Assembly (NCBI GenBank): GCA_964574655.1
Contig: CAZNOH010000001.1
Location: 329,852 to 393,851, forward strand
Reading direction: 5' to 3'
DNA: 64,000 nucleotides
Source of the DNA: an uncultured Candidatus Saccharibacteria bacterium
GTDB taxonomy: Bacteria > Patescibacteriota > JABMPQ01 > JAQVVF01
Shown here: piece after piece, positions 19,965 to 28,479 of the stretch
Layout of the letters: each line of letters starts with the position of its first letter
Position numbering within the stretch: the first letter of the stretch is position 1
Translations under genes and position numbers: made by a program
Notes under the pieces: model-generated
What the model was told of the DNA's origin: nothing
Databases searched by the model: none
What the model saw: the letters and a program-made list of their open reading frames with translations, nothing else

Positions 19965-20504
19965 ATGAAAAGTAAAATTAAGAAATGGAAGGTATTATCA
20001 AGAAAAGCAGTATTTGAAAAATATGGTAGAAAGATTGAAAAGGTTGTTTTTCGATTGTCTAATGGCAAAGATAGCGATTTTTATATATTGAATATAGAGA
20101 AGCCCATAGTCTGCATTCTCGCCTTAACAAAAAGAAAACAAATAGTTTTGGTAAAACAGTTTCGACCCGGACCAAATCAAATTTTAATGGAAATGCCTGG
20201 AGGTTATGGCAATAAGAATGAAGAACAAATTAAAACTGCGGAAAGAGAGCTTCTCGAAGAGACTGGATATAAAGGTAAATTAAAATTGGTTGCAAAATGC
20301 ATTGATGATGGTTATACAACGATTGATCGTTTTTGTTATGTTGCAACAGATTGTGAAAAAGTTTCCGATCAAAAATTAGATGAGTCAGAATTTGCAGAAG
20401 TAAATTTGCTTTCAATTAATAATTTTAGAAAATTGTTAAGAAGTGGCAGGATGACTGACGTGGAAGTTGGCTATTTGTGTTTAGATTATTTAGGATTGTT
20501 ATAA
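19965..20504 (+). CDS. NUDIX hydrolase (ADP-ribose pyrophosphatase-like)
   Basis: LVKQFR, EMPGG..E....TAERELLEETG; ATG 19965 avoids the overlap with secA. Confidence 0.88.
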   Translation: MKSKIKKWKVLSRKAVFEKYGRKIEKVVFRLSNGKDSDFYILNIEKPIVCILALTKRKQIVLVKQFRPGPNQILMEMPGGYGNKNEEQIKTAERELLEETGYKGKLKLVAKCIDDGYTTIDRFCYVATDCEKVSDQKLDESEFAEVNLLSINNFRKLLRSGRMTDVEVGYLCLDYLGLL

Positions 20505-20544
20505 ATAAAAATAAAAAAACGAACATGGAAGTTCGTTTAGAGGG

Positions 20545-20853
20545 CTAGATGGATAGGATACGGCAAGATGAAATGAATTGAGTGGAGTATACTGTTTGAA
20601 CATGTGGATTTTTGATTTCAATTTTGTTACAGAAATTGCTGAGAAGTAGAGCATTAGTTATGTTTTCAATTTCTTTACGAAGTCTTGGACCCGTTTCAGA
20701 TTCGGAATCAGCGATGATAGTGAGTTCTTCTCTTAGTAAACTTTGCGATATAGGTGAAATGTTAATGATTCGTTCGGCGATTTCTTTGGCGACTAGCCAT
20801 TTTTGCCAATCTGGCATATCAGCAGTAACTACGAAAAGTTTTCTTTCCGTCAT
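20545..20853 (-). CDS. SD-led orphan protein, paralog of 20966..21370
   Basis: AAGGAGGTCAAAAGAAA-ATG; FVVTADMPDWQKWLVA; terminator 20511-20537. Confidence 0.72.
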   Translation of the reverse strand: MTERKLFVVTADMPDWQKWLVAKEIAERIINISPISQSLLREELTIIADSESETGPRLRKEIENITNALLLSNFCNKIEIKNPHVQTVYSTQFISSCRILSI

Positions 20854-20965
20854 TTTCTTTTGACCTCCTTGCTTAGTCCTCTTTTTCGAGGAAGGTGCGA
20901 TGTTTTATATTATGCTTTTTAAAATAAAAAATCAAGAGAATAAAAAAAACGAACGTGGAAGTTCG

Positions 20966-21370
20966 TTATAGAGCGACGTGCTGGGTGAGTCTGATTTGAA
21001 ATGAACGCATGTATTTGTGTTGGTGTTCCAGAAAAGGATTTGGTGTAGTAGAAGAATTTTCGGATAATTCAAAACGGTATTTGTACCCAAGAGAATTGAG
21101 GTAGGCGAGAAATCTGAGCTTATCGTCAAATTCTTTATTGGATTGAGATTTGGTGACGAAGTGAATCGTTCCATAAATTGATGAAGATAACCCAAATATT
21201 TCTAGCAGCTTGTCTTCTGTCTCTTGATCTGAATATATGCAATTTATTGCGAGATTTTGGAAAAGATCTCCGACTTGAAGCCTTACATGATCTAAAATTC
21301 TGGCGGCTACGTTCCAGAGTTCCCATTCGGGAGTTTCATCATGGATAACGAAATTGTCTTGTTGTCTCAT
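20966..21370 (-). CDS. SD-led orphan protein, paralog of 20545..20853
   Basis: CAGGAGGAGAAATACG-ATG at 21370; FVIHDETPEWELWNVA; terminator 20940-20967 nearly identical to 20511-20537. Confidence 0.72.
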   Translation of the reverse strand: MRQQDNFVIHDETPEWELWNVAARILDHVRLQVGDLFQNLAINCIYSDQETEDKLLEIFGLSSSIYGTIHFVTKSQSNKEFDDKLRFLAYLNSLGYKYRFELSENSSTTPNPFLEHQHKYMRSFQIRLTQHVAL

Positions 21371-21455
21371 CGTATTTCTCCTCCTGGTTGTCTCCCAGTT
21401 TCTAGGAAGGTACACTAAATATTTTGATTTAATATAATAACAAAAATCAAAATTT

Positions 21456-23174
21456 ATGTCAAGATTTAATCGGATATTGCGGATATTAGATATTCGGATA
21501 TTAGGATATTTGATTTTGGTTGTGCCGATTTTTTTTGGTTTTCGGGTTTTGAGTGTATATGCATCTGACTATATTCAGCCGGAGATCAAAGTTTACAGCG
21601 AGGCTGGCGATAAGATCGAGGCTGATTTTTTAGCTTTTGACAAGAATTTTAAAGGCGGAGCTTATCCAGCAATTGGAGATATCAATAATGATGGAAAGGA
21701 TGAAATTGTTATTGGCGCAGGATATAGTGGCGGGCCACAAGTTAGGATTTTTGATAAAAAAGGAAATTCAATTGGCATTAATTTTTTTGCTTTTGAAAAA
21801 GAATACACATCTGGTGTTAATGTTGCAGTTTGTAATTTGGATAACAAAAAAAGAAATGAGATTGTAGTTGGCAAGGCATTGCAAGATAAAAGCGAGATTA
21901 GAATTTATAGAATAACTAAAAAAAATAAAGCTAAATTTTTAAGCAAGACTATTGTTTATGACGAAAGTTTTGAAGGCGGAGTAAATATTGCTTGCAGTGA
22001 TTTAAATGATGATAAAAAAGATGAAATTATAACAGGACCTGGACCGACAGGGCGTAGTCATATCAGAACTTTTAAATATAAATCAGCTAAGAAAGAGATT
22101 GTGAATTTCGGTTTATCATTTTTTGCTTTTAACGATGATTTTATGGGAGGAGCAACAGTAAGTGCTTATAATAGCAAAATAATTGTAGGACAGGCCACAA
22201 AAGGTGGATTGGCTTATGTTTATGAAGTGAATCGTAAAGATGTGAAGAAGTTTGCTAAGCTAGGTACTTTGGATAAAATGACGCCAAAATTAGTTAGGAA
22301 GATTTTAGCATTTAAAAATTTTTCAGGAGGCGTTAATGTTGCTATTGGAAAATTGGATTTAGGAAAATCTAAGATTTTAATTTCTCCAGTTTCAAGCGGT
22401 GGCCCAACGGTTGAAATATTTAATTTAAATGGTAAATTATTAAAGAATTTCAGTGTATATTCTGGTGATTTTAAGGGGGGAGTTAGAATCGCGAATTCAC
22501 ACAAATCTGTCACAAATAGCACAAATAATAATAAAACTGATTTTAATTTTGTTGTAGCGCCTGGTTTTAAATTGGGAATTAAATGTGAAAGGAATTGTGT
22601 GGCTTTAACTCTTGATGATGGTTATACTTCTGCTAGTGGATCGTTTGATCGAATTTTAGATACCTTGAAAGCTAAAAAAGTGCATGCTACTTTTTTTATG
22701 TTGGGAGTAGTAATGAAGGGCTATCCTGATCGAATGTTGCGACTTGATAGAGAGGGTCATCAGTTAGCAAATCATAGCTATTCTCATGGCAGTTTTACAT
22801 TGATGTCAACTTCGCAAATAGTAGAGGAAATAACTTATACTGATCAGATTGCTAAAAGTATTACTGGCAAAGAGACTAAGCCATATTTTCGTTATCCTGG
22901 TGGCAGTCATAATTCTTCAACTGATGCAATTGTGAAAAATTTAGGCTATAAATATTTTGGTTGGACTGCTTCGGCTGGCGATACAGGATCTGGTGTTACA
23001 GTACAATCTGCGACTTGGGGAATGCTGTGGAATTTGCATGATGGCTCGATTATTTTGGCTCATACGATGAAAGATCAGACAGCAGGTGCATTGCCTACTG
23101 TTATTGATGCAATAAGAAATGCTGGATATACTTTGGCAACACTTGATGAAATGAGTAGTTATTGGGGAACGTAA
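21456..23174 (+). CDS. FG-GAP-like repeat protein with C-terminal polysaccharide deacetylase (NodB) domain
   Basis: GDINNDGKDEIV repeats; ALTLDDG, ATFF, NHSYSH, FRYPGG, GSIILAH. Confidence 0.87.
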   Translation: MSRFNRILRILDIRILGYLILVVPIFFGFRVLSVYASDYIQPEIKVYSEAGDKIEADFLAFDKNFKGGAYPAIGDINNDGKDEIVIGAGYSGGPQVRIFDKKGNSIGINFFAFEKEYTSGVNVAVCNLDNKKRNEIVVGKALQDKSEIRIYRITKKNKAKFLSKTIVYDESFEGGVNIACSDLNDDKKDEIITGPGPTGRSHIRTFKYKSAKKEIVNFGLSFFAFNDDFMGGATVSAYNSKIIVGQATKGGLAYVYEVNRKDVKKFAKLGTLDKMTPKLVRKILAFKNFSGGVNVAIGKLDLGKSKILISPVSSGGPTVEIFNLNGKLLKNFSVYSGDFKGGVRIANSHKSVTNSTNNNKTDFNFVVAPGFKLGIKCERNCVALTLDDGYTSASGSFDRILDTLKAKKVHATFFMLGVVMKGYPDRMLRLDREGHQLANHSYSHGSFTLMSTSQIVEEITYTDQIAKSITGKETKPYFRYPGGSHNSSTDAIVKNLGYKYFGWTASAGDTGSGVTVQSATWGMLWNLHDGSIILAHTMKDQTAGALPTVIDAIRNAGYTLATLDEMSSYWGT

Positions 23175-23345
23175 TTAAATAACAAAATAACGAAATTATA
23201 AATAACTAAATTGCTGGCTTGAATATTGGATATTTTTGTGCTATTATGATGTTGTAAGAAGACGTAATAGTTCTATTGTTACATTGTTACATTGCTAACT
23301 TTTTTTGCTTAGTAATTAAACAATTTAATAATTATAATTATAACT

Positions 23346-24749
23346 ATGAAAAAAGGAGCTTGGTTATTTGCGTTAACGTTAATTTTTGGTTGCGGTTTTT
23401 TAGTTTCTAACGTTTCTGCTGATGTTACTTCTCCGGAGGTTAAAGTATATAAAGGCAAAGGTCAGATTAGCAAAACTTTTTTTGCTTTTGAACAAGCATT
23501 TCAAGGCGGAGGCTTTATTGCTACTGGCGATGTTGATAACGATGGTTTAGATGAGATTGTCATTGGTGTTGGACCAGGCGGAGGTCCTAGGGTAAAGGTT
23601 TTCAAAAAGAATGGCAAGTGTATTCTTGATTTTATGGCTTTTGAATCAACTTTCAGAGGTGGTGTTGATGTTGCTGTGGGCAATGTTGATGGTAAGGGAA
23701 GGGCAGAAATCATTGTAACAAAGGCAACTTCAGGTCAGGCTTGGGTTAAAGTATTCAGAGGTAAAAAACAAATTAGTAATTTTTTAGCTTTAACTCCTTT
23801 GCATACTGGTGGAGCTTCTGTTTCTTCAGGTGATGTTAATGGTGATAAAAAAGATGAGATTGTCGTTGGTTCTGGATTGGGATCAAAAGCTCATGTTAAA
23901 GTGTTTAGTGGCAAGGGCAGAGAATCAGACAAAATTTTTTGGCCTTTTGAAGATTCATATAAAGGCGGAGTTGATGTTGCTGTCGGAAATTTTGATGGAG
24001 GCAAAGAAGAGGAAATTGTAATTTCAAAAGCTAGATTTTCTAATGCTAGATTAAAAGTTTATAAATTTGATAAGGAAAAAACTATTTTAGGCCAATTTGA
24101 TGCTTATCCAGCTTCTCATCAAGAAGGTGCAAATGTTGATGCAGGCGATATTGATAATGACGGGATAGACGAAATTATTACTGGTGCGAATGGTCAGACT
24201 TCAGAAGTAAGGGCTTTTAAAGTAAATGGCAGACAGCTGAAAACTAGTTTGAAGCCTTATGGCAATTATATTAGCGGAGGAACAAGAGTAGCTGTTGGAA
24301 AATTTTTTAAAGGTGTAAAATCAGAAAGAATTACAACAATACCTGGAAAAAAATATTATCAAGGCAGAAATGAATATCGTTATATTGAAATAAGCTTAGC
24401 TAATCAAAGATTATATGTTTATGAGCAGGGCAGAGTAATAAATGAAATGTTGATTTCATCTGGTATTGCTAGATATCCAACGCCAACTGGTGATTTTTAT
24501 ATTCTAGCTAAGATATCGTCAACTCGAATGAAGTATGAATATGGGCCTGATAATCCGGATAATTATGATATTCCTAATGTACCTTATGCAATGCCTTTTG
24601 ATGGACCGTATACAATACATGGCGCTTTTTGGCATAATAATTTTGGAACTCCAATGTCGCATGGTTGCGTTAATTTGTCAGTGCCAAATTCTAAATGGCT
24701 TTTTGAATGGGCAAATTTAGGAGATAGTGTACATGTTACACCATGGTGA
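23346..24749 (+). CDS. FG-GAP-like repeat protein with C-terminal L,D-transpeptidase (YkuD) domain
   Basis: Signal peptide; GDVDNDGLDEIV repeats; ISLANQRL, TPTG, IHGAFWH..FG.PMSHGCVNL. Confidence 0.9.
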   Translation: MKKGAWLFALTLIFGCGFLVSNVSADVTSPEVKVYKGKGQISKTFFAFEQAFQGGGFIATGDVDNDGLDEIVIGVGPGGGPRVKVFKKNGKCILDFMAFESTFRGGVDVAVGNVDGKGRAEIIVTKATSGQAWVKVFRGKKQISNFLALTPLHTGGASVSSGDVNGDKKDEIVVGSGLGSKAHVKVFSGKGRESDKIFWPFEDSYKGGVDVAVGNFDGGKEEEIVISKARFSNARLKVYKFDKEKTILGQFDAYPASHQEGANVDAGDIDNDGIDEIITGANGQTSEVRAFKVNGRQLKTSLKPYGNYISGGTRVAVGKFFKGVKSERITTIPGKKYYQGRNEYRYIEISLANQRLYVYEQGRVINEMLISSGIARYPTPTGDFYILAKISSTRMKYEYGPDNPDNYDIPNVPYAMPFDGPYTIHGAFWHNNFGTPMSHGCVNLSVPNSKWLFEWANLGDSVHVTPW

Positions 24750-24780
24750 ATTATAAATAACTAAATAACAAAATAACAAA

Positions 24781-26334
24781 ATGTCCATAAGGAAAAAGGT
24801 CTGGTTATCATTTTTAGGTATAATTGTTTTGGCTGTTTTGGCTGGCATTGTAGATTGGCCAAAGGGTCCAAATATTGATTTCACAATTAATGGCAAGAAA
24901 ATTTTCAGAGAGCTCAAAGTTCATTTAGGTTTAGATTTGCAAGGTGGGACGCAATTGGTTTATCAAGCTGATCTGAAAAATGTTGAAAAGAGCGAATATG
25001 AAAATGCGATGTCAGGAGTACGCGATGTTATTGAAAGAAGAGTTAACGGCTTAGGTGTTTCAGAGCCTGTTGTCCAGACAAACAAAGTTGATAACAACTG
25101 GAGAGTTCTTGTTGAACTACCAGGCGTTACAGATATCAATGAGGCAGTTAAGTCTATCGGCGAGACTCCGTCTTTGGATTTCAGAGAGTTGCCAAAAAGT
25201 GAAGCTCCAGCTACTGAGCCGAAAACAGGTAGCGCTGATTTAATTGTTCAAGCTAATGACAAGACAAAAGCTGTAAAAGTAAATGAGCCAACAGCAGTGC
25301 AAAATAAAGGAACAACAAGCCAAGAAGTTATTGATACAAAAGGATTGAAGGTTGTTGGCGAAGGAAATGATGCAAAGGTTGTTGATAAAGATGGTAAGGA
25401 AATTGATATCAATACTTTGACTGAACAACTAAAACAACAAGAGTCTGGTTTGGATTCAGGAAGCTGGATAATGACAAAGTTGACTGGTCAAAATTTAAAA
25501 AAGTCACAATTACAATTTGATCCGCAAACTAATCAGCCTGTTATAGCACTAGAATTTGATAATGAAGGAAAAAAGTTATTTGCTGATATAACGGAACGAA
25601 ATATCGGCAAGCCATTAGCAATATTTTTGGATGGTCAATTAATTTCCGATCCTGTTGTTAATGAGAGAATAGGCGAGGGACAAGCAATTATTTCAGGTAA
25701 ATTTACAGTAGACGAAGCAAAACAATTAGCAATCAGGTTAAATGCTGGCGCATTGCCGGTGCCTGTTGCTTTGGTTTCTCAAACTAATATTGGTCCATCA
25801 ATTGGCAAAATTGCTATAGAAAAAAGTTTTATTGCTGGTTTATTTGGCTTGCTATTGGTTGGAATATTTATGGTTGCTATGTATCGTTTGCCTGGATTAA
25901 TTTCAGTCATAGCTTTGTTTATTTATGCGTTATTATCTTTAGCTATATTTAAGTTTATTCCTGTGACAATGACATTGGCAGGTGTTGCTGGTTTCATAAT
26001 GTCTATTGGCATGGCGGTTGATGCCAATGTTTTGATTTTTGAGAGAATGAAAGAAGAGCTGTATTCTGGAAAAAGTTTAAGCGTTGCTTTGGATGACGGA
26101 TTCAAACATGCTTGGTTGTCAATTAGAGATTCACATGTTTCAACCTTGATTACATGTTTTATTTTAGCTTGGTTTGGAACATCAATGATTAAAGGCTTTG
26201 CTATTACGCTTGGAATAGGAATTTTATTAAGTTTATTTTCGGCTTTGACTGTTACTAGAACTTTTCTAAGATTAGTTTTAATGATAAAAGGTTTAAAAAA
26301 CAGATTATGGTTATTTAGCATTAGGAAGTCATAA
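24781..26334 (+). CDS. secD: Protein translocase subunit SecD
   Basis: LGLDLQGG, IERRVNGLGVSEP, LNAGALPV, IGMAVDANVLIFER, KGFAITL. Confidence 0.97.
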   Translation: MSIRKKVWLSFLGIIVLAVLAGIVDWPKGPNIDFTINGKKIFRELKVHLGLDLQGGTQLVYQADLKNVEKSEYENAMSGVRDVIERRVNGLGVSEPVVQTNKVDNNWRVLVELPGVTDINEAVKSIGETPSLDFRELPKSEAPATEPKTGSADLIVQANDKTKAVKVNEPTAVQNKGTTSQEVIDTKGLKVVGEGNDAKVVDKDGKEIDINTLTEQLKQQESGLDSGSWIMTKLTGQNLKKSQLQFDPQTNQPVIALEFDNEGKKLFADITERNIGKPLAIFLDGQLISDPVVNERIGEGQAIISGKFTVDEAKQLAIRLNAGALPVPVALVSQTNIGPSIGKIAIEKSFIAGLFGLLLVGIFMVAMYRLPGLISVIALFIYALLSLAIFKFIPVTMTLAGVAGFIMSIGMAVDANVLIFERMKEELYSGKSLSVALDDGFKHAWLSIRDSHVSTLITCFILAWFGTSMIKGFAITLGIGILLSLFSALTVTRTFLRLVLMIKGLKNRLWLFSIRKS

Positions 26335-26381
26335 GGCTATTTAAAGGGCAGTAAGATAATTAAACTAATAAACTAAATATA

Positions 26382-27290
26382 ATGTTAAGAATTATAAAAC
26401 ACAGAAGAATATTTTTGACGATTTCAGGGCTTTTGGTTTTGGCATCAATTTTAAGTTTAATATTTATTGGATTTAAGCCAGGAATTGATTTTACTGGCGG
26501 TACGTTGATGGAAATTGATTTTAAAAATAGCAGACCAGATGTTCTTTTGGTAAGAGACAAATTGAATTCATTAGATTTGGGTGTTGCGTTAGTTCAGCCA
26601 GCTTCTGAAAAGGGCGTGATTATAAGAGCAAAAGATTTGAATAATGAACAAAGAAATACAATATTAAAGACTTTAAAAAGTGATTTCAAAGATGCTGGCA
26701 AGGTTTCAGAGCTTCGTTTTGAATCTATTGGTCCAAGTATTGGCAAGGAATTGAAGAACAAGGCAATTATTGCCGTTGCATTGGCATCGATATGTATGAT
26801 TTTGTATATTGCATATGTTTTTCGAAAAATGTCTTCAACTATTTCTTCTTGGAAAATGGGTATTTGCGCTATTTTGGCTTTAATTCATGACATTTTGATT
26901 GTTTGCGGAGTGTTTGTCTTTTTAGGCTATTTCTTAGGTATTGAAATTGATGTTTTGTTTGTGACTGCCTTGCTTGTTGTTCTAGGTTATTCTGTTAATG
27001 ATACAATTGTTGTTTTTGATAGAATCAGATTCAATGTTTTGAAAGATCCATCTATTGATTTAGAAGCCAATACTGAATTAAGCATTAATCAGACTTTGGT
27101 TAGATCTTTGGGTACAGGAATAACAACCTTGTTAGTCTTGTTTGTGCTTTATTTATTTGGAGGACAGGCAATACATTGGTTTGTTTTTGCTTTAATAGTT
27201 GGTATTTCAATTGGCGCTTATTCTTCGATATTTGTTGCTTCATGTTTGTTAGTAGCGTGGGAAAAATGGGATAAGCGTAGACATGCTTAA
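26382..27290 (+). CDS. secF: Protein translocase subunit SecF
   Basis: GIDFTGG, IGPSIG.EL, ALIHD, GYSVNDTIVVFDRIR, GAYSSIFVA. Confidence 0.97.
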   Translation: MLRIIKHRRIFLTISGLLVLASILSLIFIGFKPGIDFTGGTLMEIDFKNSRPDVLLVRDKLNSLDLGVALVQPASEKGVIIRAKDLNNEQRNTILKTLKSDFKDAGKVSELRFESIGPSIGKELKNKAIIAVALASICMILYIAYVFRKMSSTISSWKMGICAILALIHDILIVCGVFVFLGYFLGIEIDVLFVTALLVVLGYSVNDTIVVFDRIRFNVLKDPSIDLEANTELSINQTLVRSLGTGITTLLVLFVLYLFGGQAIHWFVFALIVGISIGAYSSIFVASCLLVAWEKWDKRRHA

Positions 27291-27371
27291 TTGCTGAATT
27301 GTTAAATTGTTATGTTAAACAGGATTTAATAGGTCCTGTTTTTTTATAATAAAAAAACGAGATTAACTCGT

Positions 27372-27752
27372 TTAGATAGGACAATTTTGTTCTTTGAGCC
27401 ATTGAACAATTTTTTCCAAGTCTGAATAACATTCTTCTCGATTTTGAAATACGAATGGTTTTTTGGGATTTTGTTTCGGTGTTCTTCTTACATGCAGCAT
27501 TTCTTTAAAGTCATAAAAAACTACAAAAGTATTTTCCGGAATTTTTCCGTATAAATCAATGTAAGAAATTTCGGTGTGTGTTTCTCCTCCGATAATTACA
27601 ATAAATGGAGGTTGGGATACTCGGACTGCTCTTTCAAATTCTTCTTCTTCGTCAACTGTTTGGATAGTTGAATCTTTGAGGCATGAATGTCTAAGACATG
27701 ATCTTATTATTTTTGCGCTTTGTTCGTCTTGTTCATAGAGAACGATTTTCAT
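27372..27752 (-). CDS. SD-led orphan, degenerate receiver-like protein
   Basis: AAGGAGGAGCC-ATG; MKIVLYEQDE..IIRSCL resembles a receiver N-terminus but no phospho-Asp seen; TTGACA-17-TAAATT; terminator 27351-27373. Confidence 0.68.
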   Translation of the reverse strand: MKIVLYEQDEQSAKIIRSCLRHSCLKDSTIQTVDEEEEFERAVRVSQPPFIVIIGGETHTEISYIDLYGKIPENTFVVFYDFKEMLHVRRTPKQNPKKPFVFQNREECYSDLEKIVQWLKEQNCPI

Positions 27753-27880
27753 GGCTCCTCCTTGTTTCTTAGGGTGCTGGTTTTAAATTTATGCTTGAAA
27801 TGGGTTTTTGTCAAGCAGGTTTTGACTTTTAAGCTTTGGATTGTTATACTAAAGATTGAAAATGAATTTATTTTTTTATT

Positions 27881-28369
27881 ATGTTAGAGAATTTGAATAA
27901 TTACGCGTTTATTGATAGCCAAAATATTAATTTGTCAATTTTAAAGCAAGGTTGGAAATTAGATTTTGCAAAGTTTAGAAAATATATAAGTGACAAATAT
28001 AGTATAAACAAGGCCTTTCTTTATATTGGCTATGTTCCGCAAAATCAGAGAATGTACACTTTTTTACAGCAGAAAGGATATATATTAGTTTTTAAGCCTA
28101 CAAATTTATTACCAAACGGAAAAGTAAAAGGCAATGTTGATGCGGAACTTGTTTTGCATGCGATGATTGAATTTAAAAATTATAATAAGGCATTAATAGT
28201 GACTGGTGACGGTGATTTTTATTGTTTGGTTGATTATTTAAAAAAATGTAATAAATTACTAAAATTAATGGTGCCAAATAAATATAAATATTCTTCTTTG
28301 TTTAGAAAGCTGAATCCTGATATTGTTTTTATGAATAATTTAAGAAATAAGTTAGCATATAAAAAATAA
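27881..28369 (+). CDS. NYN-domain (PIN-like) ribonuclease
   Basis: AFIDSQN, KGNVDAEL, VTGDGDF, YSSL. Confidence 0.88.
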   Translation: MLENLNNYAFIDSQNINLSILKQGWKLDFAKFRKYISDKYSINKAFLYIGYVPQNQRMYTFLQQKGYILVFKPTNLLPNGKVKGNVDAELVLHAMIEFKNYNKALIVTGDGDFYCLVDYLKKCNKLLKLMVPNKYKYSSLFRKLNPDIVFMNNLRNKLAYKK

Positions 28370-28422
28370 AAGAGAGGCATTGCCGCAGGACGGAACCCTT
28401 TGGATAGCCTCTCATCGTGATT
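28360..28422 (-). ncRNA. Candidate small RNA convergent on the NYN gene
   Basis: Minus-strand TTGACA (28451-56), 16 bp, GATACT with TG extension; GAGAGGC/GCCTCTC stem around a GC-rich 28-nt core, then U-tract; no ORF. Confidence 0.45.
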
Positions 28423-28479
28423 GCTTTAAGTATCGCATATTTTAATTTTTTGTCAATATAATTTTTGTAAGTCAAATTT

